64,000 nucleotides of DNA from a virus: IMG/VR virus record IMGVR_UViG_3300042387_001967, one strand, 5' to 3'. The notes beneath the pieces are model-generated. The model saw nothing but the letters and a program-made list of their open reading frames with translations, searched no databases and was not told where the DNA came from. Of this stretch, positions 27,910-37,449 are shown piece after piece. Numbering within the stretch: position 1 is the stretch's first letter; the number at the start of each line of letters is the position of its first letter. A program made the position numbers and the translations under genes.

Positions 27910-29385
27910 CTACGCGCTGGCCACGGCGTCCGACGCAACCGCCGGCTCGAGAATCGGAGACTGCTCCTGCTTCATCGCCATGAACTGATCGACAGGGTCC
28001 GGGTTGTTCGGCTGCAACCGTTCGCCCTGCTCCTGCATCATGTCGCCGCCCTCGGCATCCTCACTCATGCCGCCGGCAGAGTCAGACGTGAGTTCCTCCT
28101 GCATGGCGTCGCTGACTGCCGGATCTCCGGACGGCATCCGACCTTCAAGCGCGGGGTCCGCCGCCAGCATATCGTCGCTGATTGCCGGGTCTTCGGCCAT
28201 CATCTGTTCGAGCTCTGCGGAGAGCTGTGTGTCCGCCGCGGTCTTTTCCAGAATCTGCGGACGGAAATAAGTCAGCTGCAGCAGGGTGGCAATTCCGGCG
28301 AATTTTTCGATCTGCTCTTCGCCGTGCGACAGGACCTCGTCATACAGACTCGGCACGAGATCGGCGAACTCCGCAGCGGCCAGCGCTGCGACAACGGGCC
28401 GGAGCCTGGCGGACTTGCAGATCGCAACCGCCGCAAGCGCGCGCTCTGGTAGCGGCAGCGGCTCATCCGATGCTCCGCGGGCGAACTCCACCAACGCTTC
28501 CATTCCGCCGTCGCGCTGGGTTTGCACCATCCCGGCGATACCATCCCGGGCTGCCTTGTGCAGCAAGTCCGAGGTGACACACACCGATGCCGATTTTTCG
28601 TGGGCCATCTGATCCACAGCCAGCATCAGGAATTCCTGGGCCGCAGCTTCACAGTCCGCCTCCGCCCACAACGTCGCGGCCGACTTCAGCTGCTCTTCGT
28701 CGCCAACCTCCGGCTCACTCAGGTGGCCGTCGGCAGCCACCTGGCGCACGCGCTTCGGGTATCTGGACTTCGGTGTCTGGACTGTCGGAAAGGCTTTGCG
28801 CAGTGTCGCGAAAGTGACCCCGCCGGCCGCGAGCGCAGCCAGCAGCGGCAGCGCCACAGGCGTCGCCGAGATCAGGTCATACAGATTCATCTTGGCATCC
28901 ACTGCCGGAGCCGCCGCGGCACGTTTCGACACCTCGAGGTCCGCGGCGAGAAGCGCCTCGCCCTGCGCTTCGTCCAGCAGCTTCTGCTTGTGCTTTTTCT
29001 GCAGGTAATTGTAGACGGCCTGGGTCAGCGCGTAAGCGCCGCCGGCGCCCAGAATGCCGCCCGTGACAGCCAACCCGGGCGCGATCCACCGATTCACGTC
29101 TGACGCAGACTTCTGCTGCGGGTGCGGGGATGAGATGTAGAGCGTGTCGTCGTTCAGGCGCGATTTGTCCGCGAGCTCGTTCTCCTCGCGCAGCGACTTC
29201 AGATAGTTCAGCAGCGCCACGACCGCGCTGGCGCCGGCCCCCAGGGCCATGCCGCCGACGGCCATGTTGCGCACGAGACTTGTTCCGCGCGCGTCTTGCG
29301 CGGCGGCTACATCCGGCGAGTTGACCGTGCCGGTGAGTTTACCGGCGGCTCCTCTTGCTACAGTTTCGATCAGGTTGGTTGGCAT
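27910..29385 (-). CDS. glycine-zipper membrane-type virion protein (putative)
   Basis: Three hydrophobic GxxxG helices; five K-x-A-[AS] motifs; acidic tail. Confidence 0.7.
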   Translation of the reverse strand: MPTNLIETVARGAAGKLTGTVNSPDVAAAQDARGTSLVRNMAVGGMALGAGASAVVALLNYLKSLREENELADKSRLNDDTLYISSPHPQQKSASDVNRWIAPGLAVTGGILGAGGAYALTQAVYNYLQKKHKQKLLDEAQGEALLAADLEVSKRAAAAPAVDAKMNLYDLISATPVALPLLAALAAGGVTFATLRKAFPTVQTPKSRYPKRVRQVAADGHLSEPEVGDEEQLKSAATLWAEADCEAAAQEFLMLAVDQMAHEKSASVCVTSDLLHKAARDGIAGMVQTQRDGGMEALVEFARGASDEPLPLPERALAAVAICKSARLRPVVAALAAAEFADLVPSLYDEVLSHGEEQIEKFAGIATLLQLTYFRPQILEKTAADTQLSAELEQMMAEDPAISDDMLAADPALEGRMPSGDPAVSDAMQEELTSDSAGGMSEDAEGGDMMQEQGERLQPNNPDPVDQFMAMKQEQSPILEPAVASDAVASA

Positions 29386-29389
29386 GGTG

Positions 29390-29869
29390 TCAGAACTGCA
29401 TGTATTGGACTTCTTGGTAAGTGATGAACACGACCCAGGAGCCTTCGTAGGGTTGCTTTTCCAGCACGGAGATCGCCAGCGTCGGCGTCTCCGGGTCTGC
29501 GGATGCTTTCAGCAGGCGGTTGTACTCGGCCAGGTCCGCCGGTTTCGATAGTGTGAGTATTTTGGTCTCGGGGTTGACGAGTCGCACGGATGACGGCTGC
29601 TCCGCCATCTGCCCGCGGATGGACGGTTTGCTTCCCCACCTGGTATCGGTCGGTCGCGTCGGCGTTTCGTCGTCATCCTTGGTTGCGTCCTTGTCGTCCG
29701 GACCCGCGGGCGGACGGTCTTCAAACCGATCCGCATCGACTTTCGCGAACTTCTCCTGGTCCTCCGCCGAAAGCGCGGAGGCGGATTTTTCAAACATCTC
29801 TTCAGCGCTATCCATCAGCGCGGCTTCCTGCTCTGCGGGCGTTGAGCGTTTTGTTTTCGCGTCAGACAT
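29390..29869 (-). CDS. hypothetical (virion block) protein
   Basis: 159 aa; FEKSAS. Confidence 0.7.
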   Translation of the reverse strand: MSDAKTKRSTPAEQEAALMDSAEEMFEKSASALSAEDQEKFAKVDADRFEDRPPAGPDDKDATKDDDETPTRPTDTRWGSKPSIRGQMAEQPSSVRLVNPETKILTLSKPADLAEYNRLLKASADPETPTLAISVLEKQPYEGSWVVFITYQEVQYMQF

Positions 29870-30446
29870 TGTAGCGTGAGCGTGTTGTTTTTGCGGCGGG
29901 TTGAACTTCGTTCGCCATGTCCTCCTCGATGTCGTTCTTCAGCTTTCGATACGCCTTGACCTTCTCCATAATGATCGCGTTCTCCGCCGATGACTGCTCG
30001 GCGTTGCGTGACAGCAGAAACGCGAGCGAACCCAGTGCAGTTCCGGTGAGCGCACCGCCGGCTGTGAGGGTCTTGAGGATGTTCCCGCCGATGTTGTCAT
30101 GCAACGCCACGGCGGCCGGCAGCAAGGCAGCCCCGGCCTCCTTGCGCAGCTCCTCCTGGTTTGCGAGCGCGCGACGGACACTGTCCGTGAAGCGCCGATA
30201 AGAGGCGTGCCACGTCGCAGTTTTTTCGAGGTTGCGGAAGAGAATGCACACCGGCGAATGCGCGTCGCCGAATCCTTCAAAAAGATCTGCGGCCAGCTTG
30301 CACAGCTGACGCTCAAAAGGGATGCCCTCTTCGCTGGTCATGACGCGCTGTCTGCCCTGCCGACGCAGCATCTCGTTGCGTCCGATTCCGAACGCGGAAG
30401 CGGCCAGTCCTTGTCCAAACGCGAATCCTACAGCGGTTGCATTCAT
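29862..30446 (-). CDS. glycine-zipper protein
   Basis: Start MNATAV at 30446; TLTAGGALTGTALGSLAFLL followed by a coil. Confidence 0.65.
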   Translation of the reverse strand: MNATAVGFAFGQGLAASAFGIGRNEMLRRQGRQRVMTSEEGIPFERQLCKLAADLFEGFGDAHSPVCILFRNLEKTATWHASYRRFTDSVRRALANQEELRKEAGAALLPAAVALHDNIGGNILKTLTAGGALTGTALGSLAFLLSRNAEQSSAENAIIMEKVKAYRKLKNDIEEDMANEVQPAAKTTRSRYNV

Positions 30447-30451
30447 AAATG

Positions 30452-31315
30452 TTACAGATAGTCGGTGATTGAAACTTGTCCCAGAATGTTGCGGCTCGGA
30501 CCGGCGTCGTAGCCATACCCCATCGCGCCGCCCAGCATACCACCCGCAATCATTGGTAGCAAGCCTTTGGAGCCCAGAAAACGCACGGCCAGCGCGCCAA
30601 TGCCGGCACCAGTCGCAGTGCGGAGTAGGCGATAGAGGTCCTCCTGATCGGAAGATCTGGCACTCGCAAGAGCGCGCAGGATCAGCGCGCGCTGTCCGGA
30701 GTTGATCGACGGATCGCTGTTCAACAGTTGAATGACGAGAGGCAACCAGTCCGTCGCTGCCTGCTTTGAGAGCCACGCCTCGCGGCGGTTGTGCTTGCTC
30801 TGCGCCCATGCAGTGCCGGCCGCGCCAACGCCGCCGGCAAGCAGCGCAGCCATGAGCGCGCGCTTGATCGGACTCCCACCCTCCCGCTTGCTGGGTCCCC
30901 ACAGATAGCCACCCACTCCGCCGGCCAGCGCCGACAGCAGCCCGGCCGTTCCGACGGCCTTGCCCTGCGACGAACTCCCCCAGTCAAGCGCCTTGCCGAT
31001 GCCGCTGGCAATCGAATCGTTCCACTGCCGCGCGGGGGTTTTCGGAATGCGCTGCAGCGGCGCATACCCGTTGTTGGCCGCTTCTTGCAGATGCATCATC
31101 CGGTAGGCCGGATCGAAACTCAGCTTGTACTCGTCGGGAGTCATATACACCCGGGAGTCGTCTGGCGAGAGCCCAATGGAAGCCTTCGGATGTTGGAACG
31201 AAATTTTACCGTCAGGTTCGTTCCGAAAATCCCACACCTCGCCCTGCAGGTGGTGCGGAATGGACTTCGGAACCGCGCCGTGCGGTATGAGCGGATGCAC
31301 GATCTCCTCGCTCAT
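30452..31315 (-). CDS. glycine-zipper membrane-type protein
   Basis: Four GxxxG hydrophobic segments; LSKQAA. Confidence 0.7.
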   Translation of the reverse strand: MSEEIVHPLIPHGAVPKSIPHHLQGEVWDFRNEPDGKISFQHPKASIGLSPDDSRVYMTPDEYKLSFDPAYRMMHLQEAANNGYAPLQRIPKTPARQWNDSIASGIGKALDWGSSSQGKAVGTAGLLSALAGGVGGYLWGPSKREGGSPIKRALMAALLAGGVGAAGTAWAQSKHNRREAWLSKQAATDWLPLVIQLLNSDPSINSGQRALILRALASARSSDQEDLYRLLRTATGAGIGALAVRFLGSKGLLPMIAGGMLGGAMGYGYDAGPSRNILGQVSITDYL

Positions 31316-31551
31316 CGCCGTCCTCCACTTCCGTTCCCGACGTGCGGGGAGTTCTGTCCTGGATACTTTGCCACCCAGTTCTCCGAGTCAAACCGGTCCG
31401 CTGCGTCTGTCGCACTTCCACGCGGAGTCGCCGCGTGATCGTGGTCGAAACTCAGTTCGCCTTCCGTCAACTTCTTGGACGCGGCTGCGGCAACTTCCTG
31501 CACCGCCGCCTCGCGGAGTTTTCGTGGGTATTGGGATTTCTGGTGAGACAT
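31312..31551 (-). CDS. hypothetical protein
   Basis: 79 aa, ATGA-coupled. Confidence 0.55.
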   Translation of the reverse strand: MSHQKSQYPRKLREAAVQEVAAAASKKLTEGELSFDHDHAATPRGSATDAADRFDSENWVAKYPGQNSPHVGNGSGGRR

Positions 31552-31569
31552 CGCATCGAGACTATACGA

Positions 31570-33441
31570 TTATTGCTGCTGTCCGGCAAGCATTTGCCCG
31601 ACTTGGGCGCGACCTTGCGAACCAGCCTGCGCGCGCATCTTTTCCATGGCGTCTTTCGCCGCGGCGTAAAGCGTCGGATTGATTGCCTCGGCCCGCTGCA
31701 TCTCCTTGCGGTGCGAATTCGGCTGCTGCGTGTGCATCTGGATCCACTGCTGGGCGATCTCCTGGGCGCGCTGCTGCACCATGGTCGGGTCAGCATTTGT
31801 ATCGACGGCGTAATCCAACGGAGAAGCGGGGGCGCCGCCTGCGCCGGCCGCCGCACCAGCCCCGCCCTGAGCGGTCTGCTGCATGGACTGCTCGGCCGCT
31901 GCCATTGCGAGATCGGCCATGGAACCCTGCGTGCGTTCCTTCTCGTAATTCTTCGCAAGCTCTTCGGCTCCGCGCTGAATCTCCTGATCCTCCTCGATGG
32001 CCCGAATGTTCGCGGCCTCCGGGTCGGTGACTCCGATGTCCGGGTAGACATCCTTTCGGGGGATCTCGCGGTTTGCGGCGAGCTGCATGCGCAGCTGCAT
32101 CCACTCGGCGTTGTATGCCACGACCGGACGCTTGAGTCGCACCTCCATCTCCTTCGATTCGAAGGCTCGCTGCACCGTGCGCGCGATAAATTTGAGCAGC
32201 CCGTCGAGTTCTGCGTAGAGCCACTCATACTGCCGCTCGAACATGCGAATGGCATTCGGCAGCTGCTCCGGATTCAGCGTGCCACGGAATAATTCACGCG
32301 GGAATCCAAGCCCGTCGAACAGCTGGTTGGTGTATGCCTCCACGACGTCATACAGCACCATGGCCTTGCCTCCGCCGTCGAAGGTCTGCATCTCGATCGG
32401 GAACGGCACCGCGTGGATCGATGTGGCGTCCCTCCGGCGCGCGGCGATCATGTTCTGCATCTCCGAGCGCCAGCGCGACATCAGTGTGGTGAGCACGGCG
32501 TCGCCGATGTTTCCACCGAAGTTCGGACTCAGCACTCTCGTCGGATGCAGGAATTCCTGCGCGACGGCGAAGTCCGCCTTCCGGTAAATCGCCAGTTGGT
32601 AGAGCGCATCGTAGTGCATCAGCACTTCCGGCACTGCCCATCCGGAATCGGAGACTCCGCACGGCGTCGGCGATCGAAAATGATGCACCTCGCCCTTGCG
32701 GAATCGATAGTCCTTGTTCTTCGAGATCGCCTCCAGCAGACCGCGCGGCGTGTTGTTGATCTCGTGCAGCTTGTTGTGCTTGACCCTGGCCTCCATGTCC
32801 GGAGGAATCCGGTAGATGTATTCCGTCGTGTCCGCGTGGTGCGGCGAGTCCAGATCCACGTAGCGCGGGTCCAGGAAGATGATGGAGAAGCGGTCAGGCG
32901 CAGCAGACGGCTTGTCGCGGAATTCCAACCTCACAGTCGGCAGATCGGCCATCTTGCGCTTTTGTTTCGGCAGCTTCGCCGCCGCTGCCATGTCCGGCAC
33001 CTCGTAAACCATATCGGACCAGTGATACTTCACCAAATGTTCCGGAAATATGTCCAACGAAATGGCGCGCTGGAGTCCGTCGCGGTTGTCGACGAGCCAG
33101 CGATCGAACGGCTCGACGCAGCGGACGAACGCCTGGCCGTAGATGGCCCACTCTGTGCCGGCCTTCTGCATCTTCGAGAAGATGCGCAGCGTTTCCGTCA
33201 GCAGCCGCTCCAGCTTCTTCTGTTCGTCCTTGTCGCCCGCGTCGACGAATTCGATCCCGGTGATGAAATAGGAAATTACCCGGTTGCATACTGCTCCGTA
33301 CAGACGGTTGGTCCGGTAGAGATAGAGACACAAGTCGAACGTGGACTTGATGTCGCTCGGGAATGAATCTGTCGACGGAAGCAGGAATGGATCTCCAAAC
33401 TTTTTGGAACCGTTCAGAAAGGAGTTGGAGATGACGGCCAT
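31570..33441 (-). CDS. putative portal protein
   Basis: 623 aa. The N-terminal pattern GDPF..P...Y.AVCNRVISYFIT...YGQAFV resembles large-phage portals by recall, and the gene sits in the virion block. Confidence 0.6.
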   Translation of the reverse strand: MAVISNSFLNGSKKFGDPFLLPSTDSFPSDIKSTFDLCLYLYRTNRLYGAVCNRVISYFITGIEFVDAGDKDEQKKLERLLTETLRIFSKMQKAGTEWAIYGQAFVRCVEPFDRWLVDNRDGLQRAISLDIFPEHLVKYHWSDMVYEVPDMAAAAKLPKQKRKMADLPTVRLEFRDKPSAAPDRFSIIFLDPRYVDLDSPHHADTTEYIYRIPPDMEARVKHNKLHEINNTPRGLLEAISKNKDYRFRKGEVHHFRSPTPCGVSDSGWAVPEVLMHYDALYQLAIYRKADFAVAQEFLHPTRVLSPNFGGNIGDAVLTTLMSRWRSEMQNMIAARRRDATSIHAVPFPIEMQTFDGGGKAMVLYDVVEAYTNQLFDGLGFPRELFRGTLNPEQLPNAIRMFERQYEWLYAELDGLLKFIARTVQRAFESKEMEVRLKRPVVAYNAEWMQLRMQLAANREIPRKDVYPDIGVTDPEAANIRAIEEDQEIQRGAEELAKNYEKERTQGSMADLAMAAAEQSMQQTAQGGAGAAAGAGGAPASPLDYAVDTNADPTMVQQRAQEIAQQWIQMHTQQPNSHRKEMQRAEAINPTLYAAAKDAMEKMRAQAGSQGRAQVGQMLAGQQQ

Positions 33442-33454
33442 CGGTTAAAGCGTG

Positions 33455-34261
33455 TCAGTTTGCGCGCGGACGATCGAAGTCCAGCCTGGCTGCCCCGGCG
33501 ACATTAGCGACGGATTTGCCGACCTCCGGGAACCGCGCGCTGGCGCTCTTCTCGCCCTCCGCAATGGGCTCGCCGGTTTCGTCGTCAACGCGATCGCTCG
33601 GTCGTCCGGAAACGACCGAAGGAACTCCGTCATGTAATACGCCTTGTTTTTCCACGCTGGCAGACTGAGGCAAAAAGCAGAGCAAGTCAATCCCAACCCC
33701 CGGATAAAGCTGCATCGGCGGCGCCAGGCACAGCACGCGCACGCGCGGGGAATCGCGGTGCTCCAGAAAGCTGATCTCCAGTTCAGATCCCGGGTGCGGC
33801 GCGAACATCGACTCCGAAGATCTCACCATGATCAGCAGCAGGTGCTTGACGCGATGCAGATGCATCGGCTCGGCGCTGCTCCACGCGACTGGTGATTTGA
33901 CGTCGCCAATCGGCGTGTGGAACACCAGCGTGAGTTTCTTCCTGGTGCGATCGCTCAGGCACTTGGCCACGGCCAGCAACTCGCTCTCTGCCTCGGTGCC
34001 GAGCAGTTGCACAAGCACCGGTGGTATGCGTATTCCCGCTTCGCGAACCGTGACAATGGGCGAGTCCGGAATGTCATACTCCGGCGTCGGGACCGCAGGA
34101 ATGCGAATTGTGGCCTGCTCGATTTCGTCCGCTTCGATGACCTCGCTCAGGTCTCCGCTGCGCATTCTCGCCACCAGCGCGTCGGTGGCGTCACCTGGGT
34201 TCGGGGGTCTGGATCCGGACTTCGCGCTCGAGTCCGGCGGCATGGTGGGTTGTGAGTGCAT
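33455..34261 (-). CDS. hypothetical (virion block) protein
   Basis: 268 aa; GEKSAS near the C-terminus. Confidence 0.65.
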   Translation of the reverse strand: MHSQPTMPPDSSAKSGSRPPNPGDATDALVARMRSGDLSEVIEADEIEQATIRIPAVPTPEYDIPDSPIVTVREAGIRIPPVLVQLLGTEAESELLAVAKCLSDRTRKKLTLVFHTPIGDVKSPVAWSSAEPMHLHRVKHLLLIMVRSSESMFAPHPGSELEISFLEHRDSPRVRVLCLAPPMQLYPGVGIDLLCFLPQSASVEKQGVLHDGVPSVVSGRPSDRVDDETGEPIAEGEKSASARFPEVGKSVANVAGAARLDFDRPRAN

Positions 34262-34907
34262 TGATTCTGGTAATGTGACGTTCGACTAGGTCGTAGGTCA
34301 TGGGTTGCTTGTCGATTCTGCCGTCTATTTTGTGGTGCCGGCTGACGAACATACGGCGCTGTCCATCTGCGCCCCGTTCCATCGTCGCGACGATTCGGTG
34401 CGGTGCGAATTTGTCAGCCAGCGGTATCAGCTCCGGGTGCTGCGTCAGGGAGACGTCCACGCTCGTCGGCCAGCCGGCGTCGTAGCGCAGCGTGAACCAG
34501 CCGCGTAGCCCGAACGCGTTGAACGCGAGAACGCAGATCGACAGCGCGCAATCGGTGGCCAGCTGCATCGCTTCCGAGAAAGTTGCCGCCGACGCCCATC
34601 CCACCATGGCCTCCACGCAGGTGCGCGTCACCCGCGCGGGTGCCACGCTGCTCAGCGGCTGGCCGACGACGTCGCAGATGCGCGCAGCCCGCCCGGTTCG
34701 CATCCGTCCGCGATACGGCTTGCTTTTGGAAAGCAGCCGCTTGGCAGTAATCTGCGAGCAGTTCAGCAGCTTCGCAACCGCAGCGCAGCGGTTCGGGAAG
34801 CCGTCGGCATACGAGGACAGGTATTGCATCAGCAGCGGAGTCGACTCCGCTGGCAGCAGACGGTTCTCCGCCCTGCCGATGACACCACCGGCCGGTCCCG
34901 CTGACAT
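34191..34907 (-). CDS. putative HTH DNA-binding protein
   Basis: CAAVAKLLNCSQITAKRLLS fits a helix-turn-helix pattern. Confidence 0.45.
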   Translation of the reverse strand: MSAGPAGGVIGRAENRLLPAESTPLLMQYLSSYADGFPNRCAAVAKLLNCSQITAKRLLSKSKPYRGRMRTGRAARICDVVGQPLSSVAPARVTRTCVEAMVGWASAATFSEAMQLATDCALSICVLAFNAFGLRGWFTLRYDAGWPTSVDVSLTQHPELIPLADKFAPHRIVATMERGADGQRRMFVSRHHKIDGRIDKQPMTYDLVERHITRINALTTHHAAGLEREVRIQTPEPR

Positions 34908-35090
34908 TTACTTCGAGCCCATGATAGTCTTGAAGAATCCGGACACGTTGCGCTCGCGCCGCGTGTCCTGCTTCACATAACTCGCATTCAGCGCGCTGCG
35001 GCGGGGCTCCGCAATGATCGCTGTGCTGTTGCCGTAACCTTGGTGGCGGGCGTTGCGGATCTGCTCTTGTGTGGGTTGGGATTGGCTCAT
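34908..35090 (-). CDS. small hypothetical protein
   Basis: Start MSQSQP at 35090. Confidence 0.55.
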   Translation of the reverse strand: MSQSQPTQEQIRNARHQGYGNSTAIIAEPRRSALNASYVKQDTRRERNVSGFFKTIMGSK

Positions 35091-35094
35091 GGAA

Positions 35095-36906
35095 TTAGTC
35101 GGGTAGTTTGAGGGTCTTCCCCCGCAGGTTGCTGGGGCTGACCCACTCCTTCTTACCCGTGCGCCGGTTGACGAGCAACTGATAAATTCGACCGTCAGAT
35201 CCGACACGTGCGCCGTGCGCCAGTCGGACGTCGATGCCGGCTTTTTCAGACTCCGGCCCCGCGATCGGATCCACGAAGCCGAACTGCGTGGCGCTGACTG
35301 CCGTCATGTCGTCCGTGATGGCATTCGGGTCGCCGATGCCGCCGGGTCCCATCTTGGTGATGCGACGCTTCTGCTCGAGGATGTGCATCGGGTTGATCTC
35401 CTCCAGCGCTGTGACCAGCGGATTGGACTTGAGGTAGCCCATCGTGTATCCGCCGAACGCGTCCGGGCCCACAGGGTCCAGGGTGCGCATGCGGCTCAGC
35501 CGTCCCATCATCGCGCGCAGGGCATGTCCGTGGTCGAGCTTGATGCGCTCGGCCATCAGGCGGTCCACCGTGTGGACGCGGTCGTTCGGCAGGCTGTCGC
35601 GGTCGTCCGTCTCAGCCAGGCCGCGGTTCACGGCCAGCAGCTTCTCGGTGGCAGCCAGCAGGCCGTCGATGCCCACCGGTGCATACTTCTCGTGCTCGTC
35701 GTCGTCCGCCAGGTAGCGGTGATGCGCCATGGGCGACTTCATCGGCGCTTTCGGCATCGGCTTCGGGACACCGATCGGGACGTAGGTCGATGCCGCCTTC
35801 GCAAACGCAGTCGGGCCATAATCCTGCGGATTGGCAAGCTGGTCCTCGTAAATGGGCACCTCACCCATCAATTGCCGAAGGGCGCGCGCCGTCACATTGC
35901 CGTGCAGCGCGTTATCCCGATGGGTCAGGTTGAACCGATCCGCCACCCACTTCCGACGATCGTCAGGCGTCTTGTCGAAATTCCTGATGAAGCCCTGCCG
36001 GGTGTTGAACGTCATGACGTCATCATCCACCATCTCCACCCGATGCAGCGGCTCATCCTCCTCTGGCTCGATCTCGGGATGTTCCAGCCCCTGCGCGACG
36101 AGGTAGGCGCGCAATTTCTCCAGTGCGACATCAGCGTGCTTGTCCTCCACCGATGCGTGCACATCCCCGGTGTGGGCGTCATTCACGGCCAGGCCCGAAG
36201 CTTGCAGCTCCTTGAGGATCGCGTGCCAGTTCTTCCGCAGCCCCACGCCCTGCAGCTTGTCGCCGGACAGCCGGAAAGTCTTCGCCATCTTTTCCATCGG
36301 AAACTCCAGATACTTCGGATCAATCTTCCCCGTCGGATGGATGATCTGGACGTGCGGCACGTCGCCGGCATACCGGCCGTGCCCGGGCTCGAAGTGCTTC
36401 CACAGTTCCTTCGGATTCTTCGCGCGCTCGATGAGCTGCTTGATCTCATCGATCTTCAGGTCGTGATGCCGCGCGGCAAGGATCGGCTCCTTCTCTTCGT
36501 CCGACATGGCGTCCCACTCCTCGTCGCTCAGATGTCCCCACAGCGACTTCCCTGGGGCCAGCTCGACGCCGTGCAGGCGCGTGTCTGGCGCGTCCCGCAG
36601 CAGGGCTTCGAGATCGATCCGCAGCGGCACAGACTTCCGCTGGTTCATCGGGTGCGTCGCGTCGCCCTTGATGCGGTCCGTGTCGGGCTGGCCGAAGAAT
36701 GCGGACGGGCCGGCGAACGACGCCTTCCACGGTTCCTCCTTCAGCTTCTTCTCCCGGAATGCCAGCCACTCGTCGGCCGCCTTGCCGGGGCGCGCGAGTT
36801 CCAGCAGGTGCCGGTTCTCCGGGCGCGCAAGGATGTCGCCGGACAGCAGCCCGTGCTCACGGACGGAGTCCAGCGTTTCTTCGGGGATGTAGGACAGGAG
36901 TTTCAT
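35095..36906 (-). CDS. polyprotein: ART-like + acylphosphatase-like + RNA polymerase beta middle fragment
   Basis: C-terminal DDRDSLPNDRV, EEINPMHILEQKRRITKMGPGG and FGFVDPIAGPES form the beta fork/Rif region. Central KLQGVGLR..GLAVN is the acylphosphatase signature. N-terminal LDSVREHGLLS..GKIDPKYL is ART-like. Confidence 0.85.
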   Translation of the reverse strand: MKLLSYIPEETLDSVREHGLLSGDILARPENRHLLELARPGKAADEWLAFREKKLKEEPWKASFAGPSAFFGQPDTDRIKGDATHPMNQRKSVPLRIDLEALLRDAPDTRLHGVELAPGKSLWGHLSDEEWDAMSDEEKEPILAARHHDLKIDEIKQLIERAKNPKELWKHFEPGHGRYAGDVPHVQIIHPTGKIDPKYLEFPMEKMAKTFRLSGDKLQGVGLRKNWHAILKELQASGLAVNDAHTGDVHASVEDKHADVALEKLRAYLVAQGLEHPEIEPEEDEPLHRVEMVDDDVMTFNTRQGFIRNFDKTPDDRRKWVADRFNLTHRDNALHGNVTARALRQLMGEVPIYEDQLANPQDYGPTAFAKAASTYVPIGVPKPMPKAPMKSPMAHHRYLADDDEHEKYAPVGIDGLLAATEKLLAVNRGLAETDDRDSLPNDRVHTVDRLMAERIKLDHGHALRAMMGRLSRMRTLDPVGPDAFGGYTMGYLKSNPLVTALEEINPMHILEQKRRITKMGPGGIGDPNAITDDMTAVSATQFGFVDPIAGPESEKAGIDVRLAHGARVGSDGRIYQLLVNRRTGKKEWVSPSNLRGKTLKLPD

Positions 36907-37220
36907 AACGTCGCGCAGGTTGGTTGCGGCATGCTGCGTATCCAGACTGCCTCCACCCTGTGCTCGATCCCGCTCATGCCCAAAGGAGGGCGATGAGTAG
37001 TGACGTATTCAAGCGTTCCGCGCATGAGATCAGTCACCGCCTTGATTTGAGCATCGCACGTGTCTGACAATTCTTGCGTCAGAGTCCCGTCGCCGGGCAG
37101 AGAGATTACCATGAACCACATGTCTTCGTCCGCCGCCTTGCGTATCTCGAAAGGCAGAGCGAAAACTCCCAGCGCCTCATAGCCTCCATGTTGTGCTTGT
37201 GTCATTTGTGATTGTGTCAT
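36903..37220 (-). CDS. hypothetical protein
   Basis: Start MTQSQM at 37220. Confidence 0.55.
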   Translation of the reverse strand: MTQSQMTQAQHGGYEALGVFALPFEIRKAADEDMWFMVISLPGDGTLTQELSDTCDAQIKAVTDLMRGTLEYVTTHRPPLGMSGIEHRVEAVWIRSMPQPTCATL

Positions 37221-37221
37221 T

Positions 37222-37449
37222 TTATTGTAGATCCTCCGGTTTGCTGTATCCCCCAAGTGAGCACTCAGACACGCGCTCCGTGCCAGGTATCTGCACTCGG
37301 TAATGACGCACCTGGAATCTTACATCATCCCGAGGTTGCCTAAGCCCGCACGTGAGCAAATTGATCACATCTTCTTCCTGATCCCTGGTAGGCGGGGCAG
37401 CAGACTCCGTCGTAATTTCCACCTCGAATTTGTGCGTGGTTGTCGTCAC
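37222..37449 (-). CDS. small hypothetical protein between 24-bp direct repeats
   Basis: 75 aa, ATGA-coupled; ends GYSKPEDLQ like the upstream gene (GYIKPEDLS). Confidence 0.55.
   Translation of the reverse strand: MTTTTHKFEVEITTESAAPPTRDQEEDVINLLTCGLRQPRDDVRFQVRHYRVQIPGTERVSECSLGGYSKPEDLQ

Noticed and set aside
22084-35095. Beta pieces joined by an intron or a split intein
   Set aside because: The gap is 13 kb of intact ORFs, and the fragment ends (KLPD-stop, MHVVR) show no intein motifs or intron features.
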